A stretch of 64,000 nucleotides of DNA from positions 1,359 to 65,358 of the forward strand of contig CACKZW010000006.1 in NCBI GenBank assembly GCA_902604835.1, read 5' to 3'. Shown piece by piece: positions 10,901 through 19,405 of this stretch (positions are counted from its first letter, which is position 1; the number at the start of each line of letters is the position of its first letter). The position numbers were made by a program, and so were the translations under genes. This DNA is from an uncultured Candidatus Actinomarina sp. (GTDB lineage Bacteria > Actinomycetota > Acidimicrobiia > Actinomarinales > Actinomarinaceae). The notes under the pieces were generated by a model. That model did not search any database and was not told where the DNA came from. It saw only the letters and a program-made list of their open reading frames with translations.

Positions 10901-11450
10901 TGGAGAAGTTTTAAGGTCAGAATCAACCCATTCAATTATTGAATTAGTAAGTTCAGAAGATGAAGAAGAGATAAGCGTTGTGATATCTGGTTTATTTTCT
11001 AATGTACAAAAAAGAGTTTCAAGAAAAGGCAATCCGTGGATTCAATTTGATGTGCAGGATACAACTGGAACAGTGGGTGTATTACTTTTTAATAAACTTG
11101 TAGATAAATTTAATAATGATGTTGATGGGGAAAATTATGTAAAAGTAACTGGAAGCTTTGTTGGAGGAGCTGAAAACATAATTAGAGCTAGAGACCTAAT
11201 AACAATAGAACCGTCAAAAATGTTAAACGATATGGATACAACCCCAATGAGAATAATCGTTGAGGAGGAGACTCTAGATAGGCAAAACCTAATAATGTTA
11301 AAAGAGTTATTACAAAAATATCCTGGTAATTCAAAAGTTGAACTTGAGGTAAATTCTTCAGAGGGCGTAAAACTTCTCGAACTAAAATCAATAAAAATTA
11401 AAAAAACTCAACAACTCAAAAACGAGATCAATACTTTACTTACAAATTAA
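7956..11450 (+). CDS. dnaE: DNA polymerase III alpha subunit
   Basis: 1164 aa. PHP-domain N-terminus FVHLHAHTEYSMLDGA, polymerase core (GRGSAAGS, PDIDMDF), C-terminal OB-fold region. Confidence 0.97.
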   Translation: MENSFVHLHAHTEYSMLDGAAKIDSFLNRIVELNQPGAAITDHGNLYGALEFYNSAIKKDLKPIIGYEAYVIEGSRFEKPDRDKNKRFHLTLLAENTEGYWNLVEIASKAYTEGYYYKPRVDYDLLKQHSEGIIALSGCLGGEIAQLLAPDASREEGNQGQERSFDLALEKADFYQNLFGKENFFIEIMKHGIQQQEEILPDLLKISEAISAPLVATNDSHYVYDSDASAHDALLCVQTNATLDDESRFKFDGSGYFIKSSEDMRKLFPHNDFPDACNNTLKILDRVNYEFKKDTYYLPDFPIEDKSQNADEFLKDKVFEGAKNLYGALNDELEKRINYELDVINTMGFASYFLIVGDLINYAKSKGIRTGAGRGSAAGSIVSYCLGITGIEPLKYGLLFERFLNKGRKELPDIDMDFDERYRNDVIDYVSDKYGNDRVAHIVTFATIKAKQAIRDSARVLGLPFSSGDKVAKLMPPMILGISATLGECLDKDDMSQSGYSKEFYSASSELRKQYKENTEVKKIIDIARGLEGLRRQDGIHAAAVVISPDKLTKFLPIQQKGDGAELVTQYEMHTVEQLGLLKMDFLGLRNLSIIDRALELINDNSLNIDEIDLNDKATYELFSEGKMTGVFQLESRVAQSVSRNLKPKRFEDLVALVALIRPGPLGAGMHTEFAERATGRKEIEYLHNDLKQILEETYGVILYQEQVMQIAQRISGFELDEADDLRKAMGKKIPKVMEQQRNKFTDGALKNGYSEQFAIELFDQIAYFAGYGFNKSHSVPYALLAYQTAFLKSNYPAEYLSACLTAVKRDKDRTAIFLSEAREMGVKVNTPDINLSSEDFSVNNGEILFGLSAIRNVGDVTAQKIIIERQNSDYESIQDFLTRMDSRSLNKRGIEALVQGGAFDKFGFPRKGIYEKIIDLIEDAKDLKSTKNSAQGSLFEFDDNGINKTIIEDVEWDKKEYLNREREMLGFFVSEDPLDGYGEVLRSESTHSIIELVSSEDEEEISVVISGLFSNVQKRVSRKGNPWIQFDVQDTTGTVGVLLFNKLVDKFNNDVDGENYVKVTGSFVGGAENIIRARDLITIEPSKMLNDMDTTPMRIIVEEETLDRQNLIMLKELLQKYPGNSKVELEVNSSEGVKLLELKSIKIKKTQQLKNEINTLLTN

Positions 11451-11463
11451 CTAATATCTAACT

Positions 11464-11673
11464 ATGTCCTTTAATGTAGAAGAATTTAAAAAAAGATTTA
11501 AAGTAAGAGCAGATGCTGTAAAAGACAGACCTATGCCACCAGTTGGAGGAGATGAAAGAGTGTTGTTCATGAAACAAGCAGAACTTGATTTTCAAGATTA
11601 CATGATAATTTCAGATTCAACGTTTGAAGTTACGGATGAATTTTTAATTTTTAAATATAAGCTTGATACTTAA
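11464..11673 (+). CDS. Hypothetical small protein
   Basis: 69-aa ORF starting 13 nt after the dnaE stop. No motif I recognise. Its stop shares the tetranucleotide TTAA (11670-11673) with the thyX stop. Confidence 0.4.
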   Translation: MSFNVEEFKKRFKVRADAVKDRPMPPVGGDERVLFMKQAELDFQDYMIISDSTFEVTDEFLIFKYKLDT

Positions 11674-12332
11674 GTCAGATTCTTTCCCATAGGAAAAATT
11701 TTGTTGATAACTTCTGCACATGCTTTTGCTATCTCCATGTGTTCTTTTTGAGTACCATTTTCTTCCCTCAATTGAATATAATGTATCCAGCTTCTTAAAG
11801 TTCCATTCATATAAATCCTACTAACAGTGTTTCCTTCAGGTAATACAGATCTAGCTTGTTCTTTAGCTATGCCATTTTCAATAGCCCAGTTATAGACCTC
11901 TGTTGCCTTGTCTATAACTTTAGATTGCATTTGTTCCCATTCTTCAATAATTTTTTCATTGTCTGTACTGATAGAGTTTTGTCTATTTTTTGGGTCTTGC
12001 AATCTAGCTTCACGAATTACAAATTCTAAGTCCTCAACTGGATTTGCATATCTCTGACTAAATTCTTGAAAACTAAAAGATCTATGTCGAAGAATTTGTC
12101 TAGCAATATCCCTTGTAGTTTCAATTTCTAAACATGCACTTACCATTTCAAGTGGGGACCAGTGAGCATTTTTGATGAGATATTTAATTAATTTTTCACT
12201 AGTTTCTGTGTTTAATTGGTTGGAAGGATTGGAAACTCTTGCACAAAATGCTACTAATTCCTGTGCATTATCTATACCATCATTACTAATTGAATCCGTT
12301 GGTTTAGAATAGCTTATAAGTTTTACTTTCAT
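11670..12332 (-). CDS. thyX: Flavin-dependent thymidylate synthase ThyX
   Basis: 220 aa. ThyX signature RHRSFSFQEFSQRY. Confidence 0.92.
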   Translation of the reverse strand: MKVKLISYSKPTDSISNDGIDNAQELVAFCARVSNPSNQLNTETSEKLIKYLIKNAHWSPLEMVSACLEIETTRDIARQILRHRSFSFQEFSQRYANPVEDLEFVIREARLQDPKNRQNSISTDNEKIIEEWEQMQSKVIDKATEVYNWAIENGIAKEQARSVLPEGNTVSRIYMNGTLRSWIHYIQLREENGTQKEHMEIAKACAEVINKIFPMGKNLT

Positions 12333-12361
12333 TTCAAGATATATATTAAAATAATTTCATA

Positions 12362-12625
12362 ATGTTTTTATTAAGATTAGTAGTTTTTTTAATTTTAGTT
12401 TCACTAGTTGTAATTCTTGCTTACCCTTTGTTGATTATTTTTAATTTATCAAATGGTGGAGACGGATTTGGTTTATGTAATGACCTAATTGCATGTGAAA
12501 TACCATTCATAGAGGGACCTAGAATTTTAATAATTTTAATAATTACTTTTTTCTTTCTAGTAGCTGTTTTAAGAATAATTATGAAATATCTTAACAATAT
12601 TAACAAAGAGGAAACTATTCTTTAA
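12362..12625 (+). CDS. Hypothetical membrane protein
   Basis: 87-aa ORF with two long hydrophobic segments. No family recognised. Confidence 0.4.
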   Translation: MFLLRLVVFLILVSLVVILAYPLLIIFNLSNGGDGFGLCNDLIACEIPFIEGPRILIILIITFFFLVAVLRIIMKYLNNINKEETIL

Positions 12626-13442
12626 CAACATAAAATATCGCTATTAGCATTAAAACTACTCCGGCCCAATTTAATAAATTTAATACTTCTCCAACAAAAA
12701 ATACACCTATCAGTAATGCAAATACACCCTCTAAACCAAACAAGAGTGATGCTGTTGATGCATTTATAAATTTTTGACCAAATAGTTGTAAGTAGAATGC
12801 GCAAAAATTTACAACAAATCCAAGAAAAAAGATTGGTACAAAGAATTTGTAACTTATATTTAAATTCTCATAATTTATAAAAGGAATACACAAAATACTG
12901 CCAACAGCTGATTGCACAAACATTAATTTTGAAATATTTAAATCCTTTACATATTTTTCGACCATAACTATGTGTAATGCGTAGCCTGTTGCACAAATTA
13001 ATGTGAATAGATTTCCAAATAATTGTTCGAGATCATTCAGTGCTATCAATAAAATGCCAGCAAATCCCGCAATTGATCCAATTAAGTTCTTCTTTTGGAT
13101 TAAGTTTTTATTTATATACTTAGAAAAAATTGGAGTTAATACAATATAGAAACCAGTTACTACTCCTGAATTTATTGTAGAAGTTGTTTCAAGGCCTATG
13201 GTTTGTGTGATATATCCAATCCATAAGAAAACACCCATTAGCAAACCAGGTTTTAAATATTCTTTTTCAGGTATGCCACCAGTAATTAGAAAAAGTATCG
13301 CAGCTAGAAGGTATCTTAAAAAAACAATGTTTACTGGTGTCAGGTCTGATATTAGATCTTTTACAACTGCAAAAGTTGACCCAAAAAGTAAAGCTGATGT
13401 AACAAGAGCAATAATTGCACGGCTTTTATCTTTTAAAATCAT
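12615..13442 (-). CDS. EamA/DMT-superfamily transporter
   Basis: 275 aa, about 10 hydrophobic segments in a two-halves organisation typical of EamA-domain permeases. The call rests on the overall pattern only. Confidence 0.7.
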   Translation of the reverse strand: MILKDKSRAIIALVTSALLFGSTFAVVKDLISDLTPVNIVFLRYLLAAILFLITGGIPEKEYLKPGLLMGVFLWIGYITQTIGLETTSTINSGVVTGFYIVLTPIFSKYINKNLIQKKNLIGSIAGFAGILLIALNDLEQLFGNLFTLICATGYALHIVMVEKYVKDLNISKLMFVQSAVGSILCIPFINYENLNISYKFFVPIFFLGFVVNFCAFYLQLFGQKFINASTASLLFGLEGVFALLIGVFFVGEVLNLLNWAGVVLMLIAIFYVVKE

Positions 13443-13482
13443 CTGAATAAGTGAACATTAATATCTTGTATAAAATAATGAT

Positions 13483-14115
13483 ATGAAAAAACAAGATAAG
13501 GTAAAAAAAATTCACAAGATTTTAAATGATCTTTATCCAGATCCTTCAAAACCTCTTAATCACAAAGATCCTTATACATTATTAGTTTCAGTTTTACTAT
13601 CTGCTAGATGTACTGATAAAAAAGTAAATGAGGTAACACCAGAATTATTCAGTCTTGCAGATAACCCAAAAGATATGTCAAAAATTGATGTTCGCACTAT
13701 AAGAAGGATTGTTAAACCTTGTGGGCTTTCACCTCAAAAATCAAGAGCAATATCAAATTTATCAAAGATTCTTGTAAAAGAATATGATTCAAAAGTCCCA
13801 AAAAATTTTGAAGATCTCGAGTCATTACCTGGAATTGGTCATAAAAGTGCATCAGTCGTAATGGGACAAGCTTTTGGTGTTCAAACGTTTCCGGTTGATA
13901 CTCATATCCATCGATTGGCATGGAGATGGGGTTTATCTAATAGAAAAAGTGTTGAGCAAACAGAAAAAGACCTAAAAAGACTTTTTCCTGAAAAATCGTG
14001 GAATAAATTGCACCTTCAAATTATCTTTTTTGGAAGAGAATATTGTCCTGCTATTTCACATATAAGAGATTTATGCCCAATATGTAGTAAGTATGGTCGT
14101 AAGGATATGAAATAG
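13483..14115 (+). CDS. nth: Endonuclease III (HhH-GPD DNA glycosylase/AP lyase)
   Basis: 210 aa. Motifs LLVSVLLSARCTD, LPGIGHKSASVVM (helix-hairpin-helix), VDTHIHRLAWRWG. The C-terminal Cys pattern is C188-x9-C198-x2-C201 with no fourth Cys (see finding). Confidence 0.9.
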   Translation: MKKQDKVKKIHKILNDLYPDPSKPLNHKDPYTLLVSVLLSARCTDKKVNEVTPELFSLADNPKDMSKIDVRTIRRIVKPCGLSPQKSRAISNLSKILVKEYDSKVPKNFEDLESLPGIGHKSASVVMGQAFGVQTFPVDTHIHRLAWRWGLSNRKSVEQTEKDLKRLFPEKSWNKLHLQIIFFGREYCPAISHIRDLCPICSKYGRKDMK

Positions 14116-14823
14116 ATGGAAGTAAATTTCTTTATAGCTTTTTTGTTTGGAATTTTATCTTTCATATCACCTTGTGTTTTACCATTGGTGCCTGGTTATC
14201 TTGCAATTTTTTCTGAATCAGAAAAGGATGTCAAAGTAAGGTTATTTGGATCAATACAATTCAGCCTAGGTTTCTCGATTGTATTTATATCACTCGCAGC
14301 GATTGCAACAAATATAGGCTCTTTTTTTAGTAGAAATTCTGAATCTTTATCTAGGGCTAGTGGAATAATTATTATATTGTTTGGTTTAATTTTAATGTTC
14401 CCAAATCTCAATAAAAAATATTTTTATAGTTCAAACTTTATTGATGTGAGAAATTTTAATCTTTTCAGAAATTTTATATTAGGCCTTACTTTTGGTTTTG
14501 GATTTACTCCTTGCATTGGTCCTGTACTCGGTGCACTTCTTACCCTCTCATCAAATACAAGTACAATTAGAGAGGGCGTAACTTTATTAGTTTTCTACTC
14601 AATAGGATTAGCGATCCCATTTATATTGATGCCTATTTTTTCTTCCAAAATAAATTTAAAATCTAAGATATTTATTCTATTTCAAAAGTACTCATCATTA
14701 CTTTCAGGTTCCACATTAATTGCTATAGGGGTACTTATTTTTTCAGACAGAATGTATGTGTTAGCATCATTTTTTCAGGAATTGTTCGTTCTTCTAAATC
14801 TTGAGTGGCTGAGTACAATTTAA
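14116..14823 (+). CDS. ccdA: CcdA/DsbD-type cytochrome c biogenesis / thiol-disulfide transmembrane protein
   Basis: 235 aa, about 6 TM segments. Paired motifs ISPCVLPLVPGYL and FTPCIGPVLGALL. Confidence 0.85.
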   Translation: MEVNFFIAFLFGILSFISPCVLPLVPGYLAIFSESEKDVKVRLFGSIQFSLGFSIVFISLAAIATNIGSFFSRNSESLSRASGIIIILFGLILMFPNLNKKYFYSSNFIDVRNFNLFRNFILGLTFGFGFTPCIGPVLGALLTLSSNTSTIREGVTLLVFYSIGLAIPFILMPIFSSKINLKSKIFILFQKYSSLLSGSTLIAIGVLIFSDRMYVLASFFQELFVLLNLEWLSTI

Positions 14824-14825
14824 AT

Positions 14826-15392
14826 ATGTCAAATATATTAAATATACAAAAATGTTTAAAGATTAAAGGCAATGATGCCTTGTCATTTGTTGATTCTTTA
14901 ATATCTAACAACTTAGATAATGAAAAATTAAAGCCTTCATATTTACTTCGACCTGACGGTAAGATAAATCATTGGTTTTTTACCCGTATAAAGAATAAAG
15001 AAATCTCAATTTATCAAGAAAGTAACGAACTTGAAAAAATATTAGATAGTTTAATGCAATATGCAATTCGAGTTGAATGCGATTTTTTAATAGAAAAAGT
15101 TAACCACTCATTGATTGGAAAAATTGGAAATTCAGAAATTAAAATAGTTGATGAAATTTTGGATGATGCAGTTTCATGGGAAGTTTATGAAATTATTAAT
15201 GAGATACCAACAAGAAAAATTATAAATGAGGGTCTTCTTCCTAATGAAACAAAATGGTTGGACGATTTTGTTGATTTTGAAAAAGGTTGTTTTCTAGGTC
15301 AGGAACAAGCATCAAGAATAAAATATCGTGGTAATCCTAGAAGGGTTCTTATTACTAATGAGAATGGTCTACAAGAAATGTCAAAGATTTAA
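14826..15392 (+). CDS. ygfZ: YgfZ/GcvT-like folate-binding protein (short form)
   Basis: N-terminal IKGNDALSFVDSLISNNL and the C-terminal YgfZ signature KGCFLGQEQASRIKYRGNPRR. The ORF opens at 14805, overlapping ccdA by 19 nt. ATG 14826 is taken as the start. Confidence 0.7.
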   Translation: MSNILNIQKCLKIKGNDALSFVDSLISNNLDNEKLKPSYLLRPDGKINHWFFTRIKNKEISIYQESNELEKILDSLMQYAIRVECDFLIEKVNHSLIGKIGNSEIKIVDEILDDAVSWEVYEIINEIPTRKIINEGLLPNETKWLDDFVDFEKGCFLGQEQASRIKYRGNPRRVLITNENGLQEMSKI

Positions 15393-15395
15393 TTA

Positions 15396-15701
15396 ATGCT
15401 ACGTTGCGAATATTGTGCAAGAATATTGAAGATAAATCGCTCAGATACATATTTATTGTGCTCGCAAAAATGTAAAAGTAAATTTAAAAATAAAAATCAG
15501 ATAAAAAAAGTTGACGAGTATGTTCTAGGTTCAATAAATAACGAGTGGTATTTTGTAAAAGATATTGTTTTACCAAAAAAATCAAACAAATTTGAAATAG
15601 TTTCTTCAATATCTAGAATGATATATTTTGAAAATCGTTTAATTAAAAAAAATAATGACGAAGTTAATCTACAGACCAGAGTTACTTTAAAGAAAAAATA
15701 G
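15396..15701 (+). CDS. Hypothetical protein with N-terminal zinc-ribbon-like CxxC...CxxxC
   Basis: 101 aa. MLRCEYCARILKINRSDTYLLCSQKCKSKF followed by a K/N-rich region. No family recognised. Confidence 0.4.
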   Translation: MLRCEYCARILKINRSDTYLLCSQKCKSKFKNKNQIKKVDEYVLGSINNEWYFVKDIVLPKKSNKFEIVSSISRMIYFENRLIKKNNDEVNLQTRVTLKKK

Positions 15702-16281
15702 CTCCTTTATCATATCTTTTTAGTGAAAATTGTACAATTGGTCCAACAATTAAAACCATGAAAATTGTTCCATATCCATACGATCCTCCAAGTAATACTC
15801 CACTTACAAAAGCTGTAAAGTCTATAGCTATTCTAGTCACCCTGACACTTGGACCTCTTTTTGCAATTCCAGTCATAATTCCATCTCGAGGTCCAGGCCC
15901 TAGACCTGACCCAATATATATGCCTACACCCATTGCAAATAGAACTGTTCCAAAGTACAAATATCCATGCCTCATGATTATTGATTCAGGTGTAGGAATA
16001 AAGTACATAGTTAGATCAAGAACATTACCAATTGTTAGAATATTTAAAATCGTACCTAAAAATGGTTTTTGTTTAAGTGGGATCCAGCCAAGTAGGACTA
16101 TAAATCCTGTTATGACCCCTGCAAATCCAATCCGTACATTAATTAGTTTGCTGAAGCCATCATGAAACACATCCCAAGGATTAAGTCCAAGTTTTGCTTC
16201 AATTGTAAAAGCTAGCCCAAAACCACATAAAAATAATCCAAAAAAACACTGTGGTAATCTTTGAATAATTTTTCTATTCAT
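15682..16281 (-). CDS. YczE/YitT-like integral membrane protein
   Basis: 199 aa. FFGLFLCGFGLAFTIEAKLGLNPWDVFHDGFSK and GLGPGPRDGIMTG resemble the YczE family pattern (SPWDV...GxGxRD). Confidence 0.6.
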   Translation of the reverse strand: MNRKIIQRLPQCFFGLFLCGFGLAFTIEAKLGLNPWDVFHDGFSKLINVRIGFAGVITGFIVLLGWIPLKQKPFLGTILNILTIGNVLDLTMYFIPTPESIIMRHGYLYFGTVLFAMGVGIYIGSGLGPGPRDGIMTGIAKRGPSVRVTRIAIDFTAFVSGVLLGGSYGYGTIFMVLIVGPIVQFSLKRYDKGAIFSLK

Positions 16282-16648
16282 TTAAAGTGAAAATCTTTTC
16301 AAGGTATGGAATATTCTCGGGACATAATTCGTATACAGATTGAAATCTAAGAATTGGAATTATCCTGTTGTCTTCTCGAACTTCAATTTGGTTATTTAGT
16401 AACTCTACCCTTATGAGATTTTCTGAAATATCTACGTTACTCCATTCTGGAGATGATAGGCATATATTTTTACCAATATTTACTACGGAGTTATCTGATA
16501 TATTTTCAAGAGTATTTTCTGCATCTGCAATTCTTATTTGTTTTACAAATTCGCTTCCGTATGATTCACTAGATAAATTTTGATATACGATATATGAAAT
16601 GCTCAAAATTATAAAAATTATGACACTAAATATTGGTATTTTCTTCAC
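16274..16648 (-). CDS. Hypothetical membrane-anchored/exported protein
   Basis: 124 aa. N-terminal hydrophobic anchor MKKIPIFSVIIFIILSISYIV, two Cys in the soluble part. Its stop overlaps the downstream gene start (ATGA type). Confidence 0.45.
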   Translation of the reverse strand: MKKIPIFSVIIFIILSISYIVYQNLSSESYGSEFVKQIRIADAENTLENISDNSVVNIGKNICLSSPEWSNVDISENLIRVELLNNQIEVREDNRIIPILRFQSVYELCPENIPYLEKIFTLNE

Positions 16649-16688
16649 ACTATATTATTAACCATTGAATATTTTAGTTTTTAAAATG

Positions 16689-16770
16689 TACCCGGAGGGG
16701 GAGTCGAACCCCCACATCCGAAGATACTGGATTTTGAGTCCAGCGCGTCTGCCAATTCCGCCATCCGGGC
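16689..16770 (-). tRNA. tRNA-Leu (anticodon CAA), type II with long variable arm
   Basis: Hand-folded from the reverse complement: acceptor GCCCGGA/UCCGGGU (G1-U72), D arm GCGG-AAUUGGCAGA-CGC, anticodon stem CUGGA/UCCAG with loop C-U-C-A-A-A-A, variable arm AUCUUCGGAUGU, T arm GGGGG-UUCGACU-CCCCC, discriminator A. CCA is not encoded. Confidence 0.9.
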
Positions 16771-16780
16771 CTATTTAAAG

Positions 16781-16786
16781 ATTATA
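16781..16786 (-). promoter_or_regulatory. Candidate -10 hexamer (TATAAT) for tRNA-Leu(CAA)
   Basis: The plus-strand ATTATA at 16781-16786 reads as a perfect TATAAT on the minus strand, 10 nt upstream of the mature tRNA 5' end. No convincing -35 was identified. Confidence 0.35.
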
Positions 16787-16835
16787 TTTGATATCTACAA
16801 AAATAAGTGAATTTATTTTTTAAGTTTAGACTGGA

Positions 16836-19337
16836 TTGGTGATAGTTCTTATTGATGGCTTTAGTGTTGCGTTTAGAGCATTTTATGCTCTTCCTGACAC
16901 ATTAATGACTTCTAGTGGTACCCCAACAAATGTGATCCATGGTTTTTTATCGATGATAAATAAAGTCATCAAAGATTATGAACCTGATCAATTAATAATT
17001 ACTTGGGATTTACCAGGCAAGACATTTAGGAATGAAATATATGAAGAATATAAAGCCAATAGAACTCCTGCACCAGATAATTTTAATATACAGATACCCC
17101 TTCTTCACGACTTAATTGACTCCTTTAATATTCCACAAGTTTCTAAAAGAGAACACGAAGCAGATGATGTACTTGGATCGTTATCAAAATTATTTAATGA
17201 AATTAAAAAAGATGTATTAATAGTCACTGGAGACAGAGATATTTTTCAGCTAATTTCAAAAAAAACAAAAATTCTTTATACAAAAAAAGGAATATCAGAA
17301 ACAGACACTATGGATGAAAAATCATTTAAAGAAAAATATGAAATTACACCTTCACAGTACATTGAGTATTTAGCTTTAAAAGGTGATCCCTCTGATAATA
17401 TTCCTGGATTGCCAGGTGTAGGTGAAAAAACAGCAATAACACTCTTAAAAAAATATAAAAATTTAGACAATATCCTTCAAAATCTTGATGAGCTTACACC
17501 AAAATTACAAAATACATTTAAAACAAATAAAGATATTTTATTTATAAGTAAAATGTTGGCCACTATCAAAACTGATTTAGAACTAGATTTACCTGATTTG
17601 AAGTTGAGTGATTCTGCATATTTCTCTGATGATGTTTTAGAAAATGCACAGGAAAAAATAAAAAATCTTGAACTAAACAAATACACCTTAAAAACCAAAA
17701 ATGAAATTGATAAAGAACAAGAAAATCCAGAAGATAAAAATATTAAAGAATATGAATCTATAGAGGGTGAAAATTTTATCTTTAGTTTTGATAATGAAAC
17801 CTATTTTTTTAATAGCAATAAATTTGGAAAATATACTGGGAATCTATCAAAGATAAATAATTATGTTCTAATTACATCGCAAAGGACGATTTCACTAACT
17901 GAAGATGAGTTAGATTTTGATAAATTTGATGCATATGATTGCATGTTGTTTTTAAAAGATCCAAGCATTAAGCCAGACAATCTTTTGAACATAGCTAAAC
18001 ATATAGACAGATCATCTGGCCTTTCTAAAAAGTCAGATATTATAGATTTTCTTACATTCTTCCAACAGAAAATTTCAATTATTAATAATGAAATCTCAGA
18101 ATTTAAAAAAGACAAAAAACTTATTTTGCTATATAAGGATTTAGACTTTCCAATGCTTAAAATTTTGAGCTCAATGAACAAGAAAGGCGTTAAAGTCTCA
18201 TTAAAAAAAATTGATAAACTTTCTGATGAAATAAATGTTGATTTAAATATTTATAAAAAAAATATTAAATCTATAACTAAAAAGGATTTTAATTTGAATT
18301 CACCTAAACAGTTATCTGAAATCCTCTATGAAGATTTGAAATATCCAATTATTAAAAAGACTCCAAAAGGAGCTCCTTCAACAGATGCTTCTGTGTTAGA
18401 AGAATTATCAAAATCACATGAGCTGCCTAAGTTAATTCTAAAATATAGGGAATATGAAAAATTAAGATCTACATATATCGAGGGCCTCAAAAGTGTCATT
18501 GTAAATAATAGAGTTCATACCTCTTATAATTTGTTCGGTACAACAACTGGTCGTCTATCATCAGAAAAACCTAATCTACAAAATATCCCTAACAAAACAG
18601 AAATGGGCCAGAAAATACGAGAATTTTTTGTTGCTGATTCAAAACACACTTTTGTAATAGCTGATTATTCACAAATAGAATTAAGAGTTCTTGCACACTT
18701 AAGCGATGATAAAAATATGATAAATATGCTTAAAAATAGAGACGCAGATATTCATTCAGAAACAGCAGCCAAAATATTTAATACAAATATTGATTCCGTA
18801 ACCAAAGATATGAGAAGAAAAGCTAAAGAAGTAAATTTTGGTTTAATTTATGGAATGGAATCATTTGGATTATCAAAAAGCTTGGATATTTCAAAAAAAG
18901 AAGCTGATGAATTGATAAAAGCTTATTTTGGTCAGTTTCCAAAAATTAAAGGTTTTCTAGAAAAGATAGTTCATGATGCGACAAAAAATACATATACGGA
19001 AACTCTTTATGGTCGTAAAAGATTTATCAGAGAATTATCATCTTCAAACTTTCAAGTAAAAGCTATGGGAAAGAGAATTGCAATGAATGCGCCTATACAG
19101 GGAACTGCATCAGACATTATGAAAATAGCCATGATAAAATTAATCAAAAAATTGTCATCTTTAGAATCCACAAACCTTCTTCTGCAAATACACGATGAAA
19201 TTATTATTCAAACTCCAAAAGTTTTGTCTGATAAAGTTTCGAATATAATTCAAAAGGAAATGGAGGATTCCTCATCATTAAAAGTACCATTGTTCGTTGA
19301 TATTAAAAAAAATTCAAATTTATCAAATTTAAATTAA
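16836..19337 (+). CDS. polA: DNA polymerase I
   Basis: 833 aa, TTG (16836) or GTG (16839) start. 5' nuclease N-terminus (LIDGFSVAFRAFYA, GDRDIFQL, GDPSDNIPGLPGVGEKTA). Polymerase motifs A DYSQIELRVLAHLSDD, B RRKAKEVNFGLIYGM, C QIHDEI. The central 3'-5' exonuclease-like region is short and low-complexity. Confidence 0.95.
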   Translation: MVIVLIDGFSVAFRAFYALPDTLMTSSGTPTNVIHGFLSMINKVIKDYEPDQLIITWDLPGKTFRNEIYEEYKANRTPAPDNFNIQIPLLHDLIDSFNIPQVSKREHEADDVLGSLSKLFNEIKKDVLIVTGDRDIFQLISKKTKILYTKKGISETDTMDEKSFKEKYEITPSQYIEYLALKGDPSDNIPGLPGVGEKTAITLLKKYKNLDNILQNLDELTPKLQNTFKTNKDILFISKMLATIKTDLELDLPDLKLSDSAYFSDDVLENAQEKIKNLELNKYTLKTKNEIDKEQENPEDKNIKEYESIEGENFIFSFDNETYFFNSNKFGKYTGNLSKINNYVLITSQRTISLTEDELDFDKFDAYDCMLFLKDPSIKPDNLLNIAKHIDRSSGLSKKSDIIDFLTFFQQKISIINNEISEFKKDKKLILLYKDLDFPMLKILSSMNKKGVKVSLKKIDKLSDEINVDLNIYKKNIKSITKKDFNLNSPKQLSEILYEDLKYPIIKKTPKGAPSTDASVLEELSKSHELPKLILKYREYEKLRSTYIEGLKSVIVNNRVHTSYNLFGTTTGRLSSEKPNLQNIPNKTEMGQKIREFFVADSKHTFVIADYSQIELRVLAHLSDDKNMINMLKNRDADIHSETAAKIFNTNIDSVTKDMRRKAKEVNFGLIYGMESFGLSKSLDISKKEADELIKAYFGQFPKIKGFLEKIVHDATKNTYTETLYGRKRFIRELSSSNFQVKAMGKRIAMNAPIQGTASDIMKIAMIKLIKKLSSLESTNLLLQIHDEIIIQTPKVLSDKVSNIIQKEMEDSSSLKVPLFVDIKKNSNLSNLN

Positions 19338-19405
19338 ATACTTGCAAATTTCATAAATATGTTATCCTAAGAAACGCAATACTATGATTGGAAAAAACAA
19401 AACAT

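Noticed and set aside
15758-16165. A 135-aa plus-strand ORF antisense to the yczE-like membrane-protein gene.
   Set aside because: Its Pro/Gly-rich translation mirrors the Gly/Pro codons of the sense gene (GLGPGPRDG read backwards). The sense frame carries the recognisable family motifs.
16649-16835. Considered tRNA-Leu(CAA) as a genomic-island integration hotspot.
   Set aside because: Both flanks are core genes (a small exported protein and polA). I saw no integrase and no partial tRNA 3'-end direct repeat within the window.
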